Shown here in pieces: positions 8,443 through 15,874 of a stretch of 64,000 nt of DNA (positions are counted from its first letter, which is position 1; each line of letters starts with the position of its first letter). The translations under genes were made by a program, and so were the position numbers. The notes below the pieces were generated by a model. The model was not told where the DNA came from and searched no databases. It saw only the letters and a program-made list of their open reading frames with translations. Source of the DNA: an uncultured Nitrospiraceae bacterium (GTDB lineage: Bacteria > Nitrospirota > Thermodesulfovibrionia > Thermodesulfovibrionales > Dissulfurispiraceae); the NCBI GenBank assembly GCA_963705105.1, contig CAVPIW010000009.1, positions 96,001 through 160,000 of the forward strand, read 5' to 3'.

Positions 8443-8852
8443 CGGCCTTTGCCTCCCGGCAGAGAGAACCGGGTCCCAACTGTTTCCGGCGTAATGGCCT
8501 CATTGCTTTGTATGAGCTCGTCGATTTCTTCCGGGTAGGACCGGTAGTAGTTGAGCGCTGCAATGAGTTGTCTTTCCGTAAGGTGGGGCAGGGCCTTCCT
8601 GAGCGCCTCCGCATCCTTGCCGACGATGTGATATTCGTAGATGACTTCCCAGACCTCGACGCCCGTACCGGCGATACGGGCACGCCGTCCCGAAACACCC
8701 TCCGAAAAAATGACGCCCGGACAACGACGCATTTTCAGGGCCTCTTCGAGCAGTTCGTTGGCGATCGCATTGGCAGTCTTGTTTTTCCTGATGCTCTCGA
8801 TTTCCCGAAGTATCGGTTCTTTGATGCGGAAACTGCGTTGGATTGTCGACAT
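8439..8852 (-). CDS. DUF433-domain antitoxin
   Basis: GRRARIAGTGVEVWEVI...LTERQLIAALNYY DUF433 motif. Confidence 0.85.
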   Translation of the reverse strand: MSTIQRSFRIKEPILREIESIRKNKTANAIANELLEEALKMRRCPGVIFSEGVSGRRARIAGTGVEVWEVIYEYHIVGKDAEALRKALPHLTERQLIAALNYYRSYPEEIDELIQSNEAITPETVGTRFSLPGGKGR

Positions 8853-8957
8853 GGCGAAACCTCTTGTCACTTTATGTATTACATTATATCACAAGCTGGG
8901 CTGAAAGAGGTTCCGGCAACTGAGTCTTAAGCTTTCAAATCTCCCGTCACCTTGAGG

Positions 8958-9359
8958 TCAGGGAGCCCTCCCGAGACGGTAGAACACATACGGTCCGATG
9001 AGCGTCCATAGCGGGATGAGCACCCAGACGCGGCCGACGAAAATGTTGTAGTCGTAAAGCACTGTGCTCCAGGGATTGCCCGCAATGAAACGGACCATGA
9101 CAATCTCGAATGCCAGCGTCATAACGAGCCACATGAACCCGATCTTCCAGGCCTCCCCGGACGACCGGATGGGCCAAAGCGACGCCAGCAGCCTGAAATA
9201 GAAAGCGAATAGGATCAGGAGGATAACGGTCGAGATCTGATGAGCCGGAAGGTAGCCCACGTATGGCTTGTACAGCATGTCCCGCAGCCCCCCGTTGAGC
9301 ACCGCCAGGACCATCATGCCGAACCAGCCCAGGAAATACCTGCGCATCACCTGTTTCAT
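8958..9359 (-). CDS. Hypothetical membrane protein (about 4 TM helices)
   Basis: Hydrophobic ORF closely following the radical SAM gene; start uncertain. Confidence 0.75.
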   Translation of the reverse strand: MKQVMRRYFLGWFGMMVLAVLNGGLRDMLYKPYVGYLPAHQISTVILLILFAFYFRLLASLWPIRSSGEAWKIGFMWLVMTLAFEIVMVRFIAGNPWSTVLYDYNIFVGRVWVLIPLWTLIGPYVFYRLGRAP

Positions 9360-9364
9360 TCCTG

Positions 9365-10486
9365 TCACTCGAAAATCACATGTTCCATGGCCTTTTCAAG
9401 TCTCCTCCCTCTCATGCCGACCGCACGAAGGTCAGTCACCCTCCTTTCGGCCCGGGCAGTCAGAATTCTTCTCACCGTCTCCGGCCCGATCCCGGGGACC
9501 CTGAGCAACACCTCCCTGTCTGCGGTGTTGATCCTGACGGGAAAGAACTCGGAATGCCCCTCGGCCCAGATATCCTTCGGGTCCCTGTCGAGACGCAGAT
9601 TCCCCTGCCCGTCGAGCGGAATCTCCCCTGCAGAGAAGCCGTATTTCCTGAAGAGAAAGTCGGCCTGGTAGAGCCGGTGCTCGCGCATGAACGCATCTTC
9701 GCCGACCCGCGTGAACCATCGCTCGCCGGGGATGTCCGGCTCGCCCAGCCCCTTCTGGTAGGCCGAGAAGTAGACGCGTTTGAAGTTCAGGTTCCCGTAA
9801 AGATCCGACATGCTCCCGATGATCTCGCCGTCCGTCTCGTCTGCGGCGCCGACAATGAACTGTGTCGTGCACTTCACGCGCGAGAACCTGTTGCCCCTGC
9901 CGGTAAGTTTCCCCATGAGCCTGAGGGGGCGGACGATATCGTTCACGTAGTCTTTCCTGTTCGAAAGCAGGTCGAAGTGCCTTTTGGCGGGAGTCTCGAT
10001 GTTCAGCGACACTGCCGTGGCGAGCGAGAGGGCATCCTCTATGGCGCCGTCGGAGGCGCCGGGGATGATCTTCAGGTGGATGTAACCCTTGAACCGGTGA
10101 CGATACCTCAAGCTCCTGGCGACGGCATTGATGCGCTCCATCGTATATTCGGGGCTCCTCATGACCGCCGAACTGAGAAAGAGCCCGAAGGCCCTCTTCC
10201 GACTCAGGTATTCGAGAAAGACCCGGGCCACCTCTTCCGGTTCAAGCGCACACCGTTTTATATCGGCTTTTGAGCGGAGGGGGCAGTACTTGCAGTCGTT
10301 GATGCAGGCGTTCGAAAGGAGGGTTTTCAGGAGGACCGAGTATCCGCCCTGGGGAAGGGCAACGGGATAGAGCCACTTCCCGTCCTGTCCCCTCGACCTC
10401 CGGTCATCGTCCCTCGTGCCGCAGGCACAGGCGAGGTCATAGCGGGAGTCATCCGAAAGAATCTTGAGTTTTTCGATCGTCTCCAT
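9365..10486 (-). CDS. Radical SAM protein with C-terminal helix-hairpin-helix (TIGR03916-like putative DNA modification/repair)
   Basis: YDLACAC N-terminus, CINDCKYC motif, REHRLYQADFL, INTADREVLLRVPGIG HhH. Confidence 0.88.
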   Translation of the reverse strand: METIEKLKILSDDSRYDLACACGTRDDDRRSRGQDGKWLYPVALPQGGYSVLLKTLLSNACINDCKYCPLRSKADIKRCALEPEEVARVFLEYLSRKRAFGLFLSSAVMRSPEYTMERINAVARSLRYRHRFKGYIHLKIIPGASDGAIEDALSLATAVSLNIETPAKRHFDLLSNRKDYVNDIVRPLRLMGKLTGRGNRFSRVKCTTQFIVGAADETDGEIIGSMSDLYGNLNFKRVYFSAYQKGLGEPDIPGERWFTRVGEDAFMREHRLYQADFLFRKYGFSAGEIPLDGQGNLRLDRDPKDIWAEGHSEFFPVRINTADREVLLRVPGIGPETVRRILTARAERRVTDLRAVGMRGRRLEKAMEHVIFE

Positions 10487-10502
10487 GGCACATCCCCTTC
10501 CG

Positions 10503-11705
10503 TCAGCAGATGAGGTATACCCCCCTGCTGAGGTCGTCGCAAAAGACCCTGATGTCCGCAAACTCCCTCTCGATGACTTCCCGGACCTGCTTCCTTACGT
10601 GCGCGATCGTCTGCCCGCGTTCGAGGATGATTCGGGCAGAAGCCATCTGCGGCCGATCGATAGGGGTACCGATGCGGCTGAGCAGCAAAACGGAGACTTC
10701 CCTGATACCTTCGACGGATCCATAAATCTCTTTCGCGATCTTATGGGCGAGCACATTATAGATTTTGCCGACGTGGCTCACGGGATTCTTCCCCGCTGCC
10801 GCCTCCGTCCCCAGGGGCCTGCTGACGGAGATGATGCCGTTGACGCGGTTTCCCCTTCCAACCTGGCCGGAGTCTGCGTCTTCTGAGGAGGTGCCTGTCA
10901 GTGTCAGGTAGACGCCGCCCAGTCCCCGTTTTCTCTCATCGAGAGCGTTGTAGTGCACAGCCTGTTTATCGAATCCGCCGGCCCGCCCGACAAAGCCCCT
11001 TATCTCTTCCAGCACCCGTTCCTTCCGTCCGAAATACTCCTCTTCAGACCCGATGAACCGCGCGATGAGCGGCATGGCGACGGTCACATCGAGACGTTTC
11101 CCCACCCTGAGGCCCATCACCTTCACGTCCTCCCCCGTTTCAGGGAATGCCTCTTTGAAGGCCCGCGCGTTCAGATGCCGTTCGAGATCGAGGACGATCT
11201 GTTCCGTCGGGGTCAGCGGATAGTATCCCACCGCCGCCGAGGTGTCGTTTGCGCCCAGCACCTGACCCTGCCGGCTGAAGATGTCGCTCAGCTCCTCGGA
11301 ACCGGGCGAGAGCACGACCCGGTAATTGACACCCCTTTCCGGATCCACGAAACGGAGGTGCCTGTGCAACCAGTCCTTTGCCGCGGTGACGGCGATGTCT
11401 GCGACGGGAATCTCCTTGCCCGCGGCAGTGAACGTCGCCCTGTCGCCGATGATCAGCTCCATGGGACTGACGATCCTCCCGCCGCCGAAATGACGCTCGA
11501 CGGACCCTGCAGCGAGAAGACCCTTGTCGATATTGTGGTGCAGGATCGTCCCGAAAGCCTCCCGGTAGGCGGCGCAGAGGGCGACCGAAACGGCATCCAT
11601 AATGGAGTCGCACATCGTGTCCGGGTGGCCGATGCCCTTCCGCTCGACGATCTCCACCTTTCCGGCGGCGACGGGTCTTCCCCTGGTGCTTTCGATGACG
11701 ATCAT
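10503..11705 (-). CDS. mat: Archaeal-type S-adenosylmethionine synthetase
   Basis: EIVERKGIGHPDT, ANDTS, GEDVKVMG, DSGQVGRGNRVNG, EAAAGKNPVSHVGKIYN. Confidence 0.92.
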   Translation of the reverse strand: MIVIESTRGRPVAAGKVEIVERKGIGHPDTMCDSIMDAVSVALCAAYREAFGTILHHNIDKGLLAAGSVERHFGGGRIVSPMELIIGDRATFTAAGKEIPVADIAVTAAKDWLHRHLRFVDPERGVNYRVVLSPGSEELSDIFSRQGQVLGANDTSAAVGYYPLTPTEQIVLDLERHLNARAFKEAFPETGEDVKVMGLRVGKRLDVTVAMPLIARFIGSEEEYFGRKERVLEEIRGFVGRAGGFDKQAVHYNALDERKRGLGGVYLTLTGTSSEDADSGQVGRGNRVNGIISVSRPLGTEAAAGKNPVSHVGKIYNVLAHKIAKEIYGSVEGIREVSVLLLSRIGTPIDRPQMASARIILERGQTIAHVRKQVREVIEREFADIRVFCDDLSRGVYLIC

Positions 11706-12058
11706 GGCTTCAGTTTATCATACTTGTCCGCCCTGCCTCTCGACTTCCCGACGGGGTATCTCAGCTCATTCTGCCTGATCTTGTCTTTGACGGCGGCGGC
11801 GAGATCTATGCCGAGGTCATGGGACAGGAGGAGTATGTAGATGGCAATGTCCGCAATTTCTTCTTTCACCCTTGCCATACCCTCACCGGCCAGGTGCGCC
11901 TTCACTTCGTCATCGGTCTTCCACTGAAAGACTTCAAGCAGCTCGGCAGCCTCGAGGACGACGGAGACGGCGAGGTCCTTGGGACGATGAAACTGCTCCC
12001 AGTCCCGCTCTTTGCGGAACTGCAGGAGCATATCCGTCATTTCCCTTATATCGCTCAT
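11702..12058 (-). CDS. MazG-like nucleotide pyrophosphohydrolase
   Basis: RDWEQFH.PKDLA...EAAELLE.FQW...EEIAD motif; ATGA overlap with mat. Confidence 0.9.
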   Translation of the reverse strand: MSDIREMTDMLLQFRKERDWEQFHRPKDLAVSVVLEAAELLEVFQWKTDDEVKAHLAGEGMARVKEEIADIAIYILLLSHDLGIDLAAAVKDKIRQNELRYPVGKSRGRADKYDKLKP

Positions 12059-12096
12059 CACTCGTGTCCGAAACAACTAACAGCGAGACCGTGAAA

Positions 12097-12279
12097 ACGA
12101 GGATAGGGTTTGGTTTCTGAAGCAAAATTCACGGGTAACGTGAACGGCGGCGGGAGTCGAAGGCGCAAGCCGCAGCGGGAGCCGCACAGTGTACCGGAGA
12201 AAGCAAAGGGTTTCATAACAAAGGCATACACATGAAAAGAGGGAGTTTATTTTGCGAAGAAATCATGCCCTATCCTCGT
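12097..12279. repeat. Element bounded by a ~31-bp imperfect inverted repeat
   Basis: ACGAGGATAGGGTTTGGTTTCTGAAGCAAAAT (12097-12128) vs reverse complement of 12249-12279. Confidence 0.65.
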
Positions 12280-12315
12280 GTCAGATTATTTTGGACACCA
12301 GTGATCGCTCATCAG

Positions 12316-12353
12316 AAAAGAAGAGCCCGGGGGAAGATCATAACCCCGGGCTC
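12316..12353 (-). terminator. Probable intrinsic terminator downstream of dodecin gene
   Basis: GAGCCCGGGG/CCCCGGGCTC 10-bp stem followed by T-rich tract on the minus strand. Confidence 0.65.
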
Positions 12354-12423
12354 GGAAGAATGAAGTGACATTTTAGTAATGCTACGGGCGTGCGAGCGGT
12401 CTGTGCCACCCGCCCCGGAAGGA

Positions 12424-12630
12424 TTAGCTGCCCTCGTATTTGAAGGAGAGTCTAAGCTTCGTGCGATACAGTGCAATCTTGCCGTTTTCGATTGTCACAT
12501 CCATCTCTTTAACCTCGGCGACACGGATCTCACGGAGCGACTTGGCTGCGGTCTCCACGGCGATTGCAGCAGCTTTCTCCCAGGATTCAGAGCTTGTTCC
12601 CACGAGATCGATAAACCTGTAAACTGACAT
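12424..12630 (-). CDS. Dodecin-family protein
   Basis: 68 aa; VY..IDLVGTS.ESWEKAA...YR.KL.LSFKY; AGGAGG RBS. Confidence 0.92.
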   Translation of the reverse strand: MSVYRFIDLVGTSSESWEKAAAIAVETAAKSLREIRVAEVKEMDVTIENGKIALYRTKLRLSFKYEGS

Positions 12631-12844
12631 GTGCTCCTCCTTTCGCCCTGCCGGTCAGTAGGGCCTGCGGGCGTCTTCATATGATGGTTGTACTTTTCCC
12701 CCATGGATATGGGGATATTTGGTCACGTTTCCCTCAACAGCATCGACGGTAAACGGTTTCAGCCGGTTATCACGCCTCTGCCACCGCAGAAATTATAAAT
12801 GAAAACTTCGCCATAATCCAGCAAAAAGTTCTTATATGCCTATT

Positions 12845-13054
12845 AACGACAGTGACAGTGTGAGTGTCAGTGTCAGTGAAGGACTTTTCTTCTATCGACT
12901 ATTTACGAGTGACTCAGTCTTATATGGATGCCCATTCCCACAGATCATTTCGGGCAAAAGACTGAAAAAGGCGAACCTTTCACTGGCACTCGCACTGTCA
13001 CTGACACTTTACCTTTTCAGAGCGCTTTGCCCGCCTTTTCATGCGACTGAAAGG
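12845..13054. repeat. Repeat family B, copy 1 (inverted hexamer arms plus shared terminus)
   Basis: (C/G)AGTGT-type arm, ~100-bp core, inverted CACT(G/C) arm, end GCGCTTTGCCCGCCTTTTCATGCGACTGAAAGG; inverted copy at 34951-35141. Confidence 0.78.
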
Positions 13055-13059
13055 TTACT

Positions 13060-13572
13060 CTATCCCGCTGCGGGGCGTTCTTTCGTAAACGTCAGGACGC
13101 AGCACTCCCCGCCCCTGCAGAGGCGGTCTCCGAGGTCGAACCGGATGTCGTCACCGAACTCGGCGGCCCAGACGGAATATTCTCTCGAACAGATGACGCC
13201 GCCGATCGTTCCGGACAGGTGCTCCCGCTTCGATTTCACGAGGAGGTCGTGCCAGACGCAGTGGCCGATGTGCATGTCGAAACCGTCGGGACGCTGCTCC
13301 GTGCTGAACCTGAACCCATCAATCGACAGCTTCGTCGTCAGGCAAGCAAGCAGGTTGCCGATGCCGTCGCCTCTCTTCATGAGTTGCCGCAGCATGCGGG
13401 CCTGGATCTTCGGCATGACGCCCCAGACGTCCAGGTCGATGTCGAGGGCGCGGTCGAAACCGTAGGCTTCCTCCACCTTCATGAACCATAGACCGTCAAC
13501 AGCCGTATAGCTCCTGTGGAGATAGGCGGCGAGCTGTTCGGCGTTGAGACCGGGCACGGGCCCTTCACTCAT
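13060..13572 (-). CDS. Conserved hypothetical protein (DUF6125-like, Cys-rich C-terminus)
   Basis: AVDGLWF..VEE.YG...AL motif; overlaps nifS stop. Confidence 0.75.
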   Translation of the reverse strand: MSEGPVPGLNAEQLAAYLHRSYTAVDGLWFMKVEEAYGFDRALDIDLDVWGVMPKIQARMLRQLMKRGDGIGNLLACLTTKLSIDGFRFSTEQRPDGFDMHIGHCVWHDLLVKSKREHLSGTIGGVICSREYSVWAAEFGDDIRFDLGDRLCRGGECCVLTFTKERPAAG

Positions 13573-14776
13573 TCGAGTAATCGCTCCTGCAGACCTGTCC
13601 TCCCGCAACGTCCGCCGATCCTGCCTTGCCGTAGGGCGACAGCGCCCTGAGGTCGCGGATGATCCCCGGCAGCACATCGATCACCCTGTCGACGTCGCCG
13701 TCGGTGTTGTACCTGCTCAGGGAGAACCGGACCGAGCCGTGTATGGCGGTATAGGGCACGCCCATGGCCCTCAGGACATGGCTCGGTTCGAGGGAGCCGG
13801 AAGTACAGGCGGAGCCTGAGGATGCACAGATGCCGAATTCGTCCAGCCTGAGCAGAATGGCCTCGCCTTCGACATATTGAAAGCTGATGTTGAGCGTGTT
13901 CGGCAGGCGGTGCTCCCTGTCTCCGTTGACGAGGGCATCGGGGCACCTGTCGAGGAGTTCCCTTTCGAGCCTGTCTCTCAGCCGCGAGATATGGGCGGAT
14001 TCTGCGCCCACGTCCTTCGCTGCAAGTTCGCAGGCCTTGCCGAGGCCGATGATGGAGGCGACGTTCTCCGTGCCTGCACGTCTTCCATGCTCCTGGTGTC
14101 CGCCGACGAGATAGGGGGAAAAACGCGTCCCCCTCCTCACATAAAGCACGCCGATCCCTTTCGGCGCATGGAGTTTGTGACCTGACAGGGAGATCATGTC
14201 AACGGGAAGTTTCTTCACGTCGAGAGGGATCTTTCCCGCTACCTGGACCGCGTCGGTATGAAAGAGGATGCCGCGGTCCCTCACCATCTCCCCGACCTCC
14301 TGGATGGGGAAGATGACACCCGTCTCATTGTTCGCAAACATGACCGACACGATTGCGGTATCGTCGTCAAGTGTCTTGCCGAGGGCTTCGAGGTCGAGCC
14401 TGCCGAGGCCGTCGACGGGGATGAACGTCACCCTGTATCCCCTGCGCGCCAGTCTTTTTCCGACATTGTACACGGCCGGGTGTTCGACCCTCGTGGTGAT
14501 GACGTGTTTTCTCTTCGAATAGGATTCGACGGCGCTCATGATCGCCGTATTGTCGCTCTCGGTGCCGCAGCTCGTGAAGATGATCTCCTCCGGCTCGGCC
14601 CCTATGAGTGAGGAGACCTTCTGCCTCGCCTCTTCGACCTTCCTGTGCAGCTGACCGCCGAAGGTATGCATGCTCGACGGGTTGCCGTAGAGGTCCGTGA
14701 AATAGGGGAGCATCTCGGCGAGGACTTCCGGCGCCACGGCCGTCGTCGCATTGTTGTCGAGATACACAGGTTTCAC
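13565..14776 (-). CDS. nifS: Cysteine desulfurase NifS
   Basis: YLDNNATT, SGHKLHAPKG (PLP Lys), SSGSACTS; GTG overlaps nifU stop. Confidence 0.95.
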   Translation of the reverse strand: MKPVYLDNNATTAVAPEVLAEMLPYFTDLYGNPSSMHTFGGQLHRKVEEARQKVSSLIGAEPEEIIFTSCGTESDNTAIMSAVESYSKRKHVITTRVEHPAVYNVGKRLARRGYRVTFIPVDGLGRLDLEALGKTLDDDTAIVSVMFANNETGVIFPIQEVGEMVRDRGILFHTDAVQVAGKIPLDVKKLPVDMISLSGHKLHAPKGIGVLYVRRGTRFSPYLVGGHQEHGRRAGTENVASIIGLGKACELAAKDVGAESAHISRLRDRLERELLDRCPDALVNGDREHRLPNTLNISFQYVEGEAILLRLDEFGICASSGSACTSGSLEPSHVLRAMGVPYTAIHGSVRFSLSRYNTDGDVDRVIDVLPGIIRDLRALSPYGKAGSADVAGGQVCRSDYSNE

Positions 14777-15606
14777 GCCGTCTCCACGACGATGTCGCCG
14801 CTCACGAGTTCCCTCAGCTTCTCCTCGATCCCCTTGAGGGTCACGCCTCCCATGGGACAGGAGACGCACATTGCACGCAATGCGACGATGACCCTGTTTC
14901 CGTCGACGTCGATCAGTTCCAGGTCTCCCCCGTCGGCCTGGAGCATGGGCCTGATCTCTTTTTCGAGAATATCCTGGATGAGGGCGATCTTTTGGAGGTT
15001 CGTCAGTTTTTTCGGCGTCCCCGGTTTTTCGACAGAGGGCTTGACCGCCCACAGGTCTTTCAGGATCGCCTCGATGTCGTGAATGCAGGACCCGCAGCTT
15101 CCCCCGGCTTTCGTGAAAGCCGTGATGTCCTCGACCGTGGTCAGGTGATTTTCGAGGGCGACGCTCCTGATCTTCTCTTCCGTCACGATGAAGCACTTGC
15201 AGACGACCTTTATGCCCGTGTCAGGCTCCATCTTGACGCCGCGATAGTTCTCGATTGCGGCCTCGAGGGCCTCCCTGCCCATGACGGAGCAGTGCATCTT
15301 CTCCCTCGGCAACCCGCCCAGGAATTCGGCAATGTCCTGATTGGACAGGGCCATGGCCTCCTCGACGGTCTTTCCCTTGATAAGCTCAGTAAGGGCCGAA
15401 GAGCTCGCAATTGCCGACGCGCACCCGAAGGTCTGGAACTTCGCATCGACGATCCTGCCCGTCTCCTTATCGATCCTGAGGGTGAGCCTGAGGGCGTCGC
15501 CGCAGACGATGCTGCCCACTTCGCCGACGGCGTCGGGGTTTTCGATCTCCCCGACGTTCTTCGGATGCAGAAAGAGGTCCCTTACTTTATCCGTGTAATC
15601 CCACAC
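14773..15606 (-). CDS. nifU: Fe-S cluster assembly scaffold NifU
   Basis: WDYTDKV, CGDAL, FGCASAIASSS, KMHCS, BFD-like C.CF...CGSC, Nfu CxxC. Confidence 0.95.
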   Translation of the reverse strand: MWDYTDKVRDLFLHPKNVGEIENPDAVGEVGSIVCGDALRLTLRIDKETGRIVDAKFQTFGCASAIASSSALTELIKGKTVEEAMALSNQDIAEFLGGLPREKMHCSVMGREALEAAIENYRGVKMEPDTGIKVVCKCFIVTEEKIRSVALENHLTTVEDITAFTKAGGSCGSCIHDIEAILKDLWAVKPSVEKPGTPKKLTNLQKIALIQDILEKEIRPMLQADGGDLELIDVDGNRVIVALRAMCVSCPMGGVTLKGIEEKLRELVSGDIVVETA

Positions 15607-15612
15607 CGTATC

Positions 15613-15641
15613 TTTTTACCAGAGATGAACAGTCTTGTCAA
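15613..15641 (-). promoter_or_regulatory. Sigma-70 promoter of nifU (possibly leaderless)
   Basis: TTGACA-17 nt-TAAAAA, then 6 nt to the GTG start. Confidence 0.55.
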
Positions 15642-15673
15642 CCTTAAAACTTGGTACCCCGGCCTGAAGAACT

Positions 15674-15757
15674 GTCATTGCCGCAACCCCGCACTTGATG
15701 CGGGGGCGTCGGCAATCCTTCCGAAAATCAGAAGGATTCCGGACAAGCCGGAATGAC
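15674..15757. repeat. GTCAT...ATGAC palindromic (REP/RPE-like) element
   Basis: Double hairpin; closely similar to 62505-62577. Confidence 0.75.
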
Positions 15758-15874
15758 CAGCGTCGAGCACTTCACCCCCTCGTTGCATAGGAAGGCGGGG
15801 CAAATGCGCCGAAAACCCTGATGCGGCGACCCTGTTCCGGCCGCCTCCGCTCACCAGCCGTACGACCCCATGCT

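Noticed and set aside
12836..13465. ORFs with SVSV/LTLT tracts (also 30162-31019, 30895-31089, 31107-31481, 34914-35138, 4870-5058)
   Set aside because: Translations of non-coding repeats; their mutual similarity reflects the DNA repeat
13565..15196. 543-aa N-terminally extended NifS, and similar extensions of Fur, the NtrC regulator and the RRM protein
   Set aside because: The extensions overlap the upstream gene or lack an RBS; family motifs begin at the later starts used here
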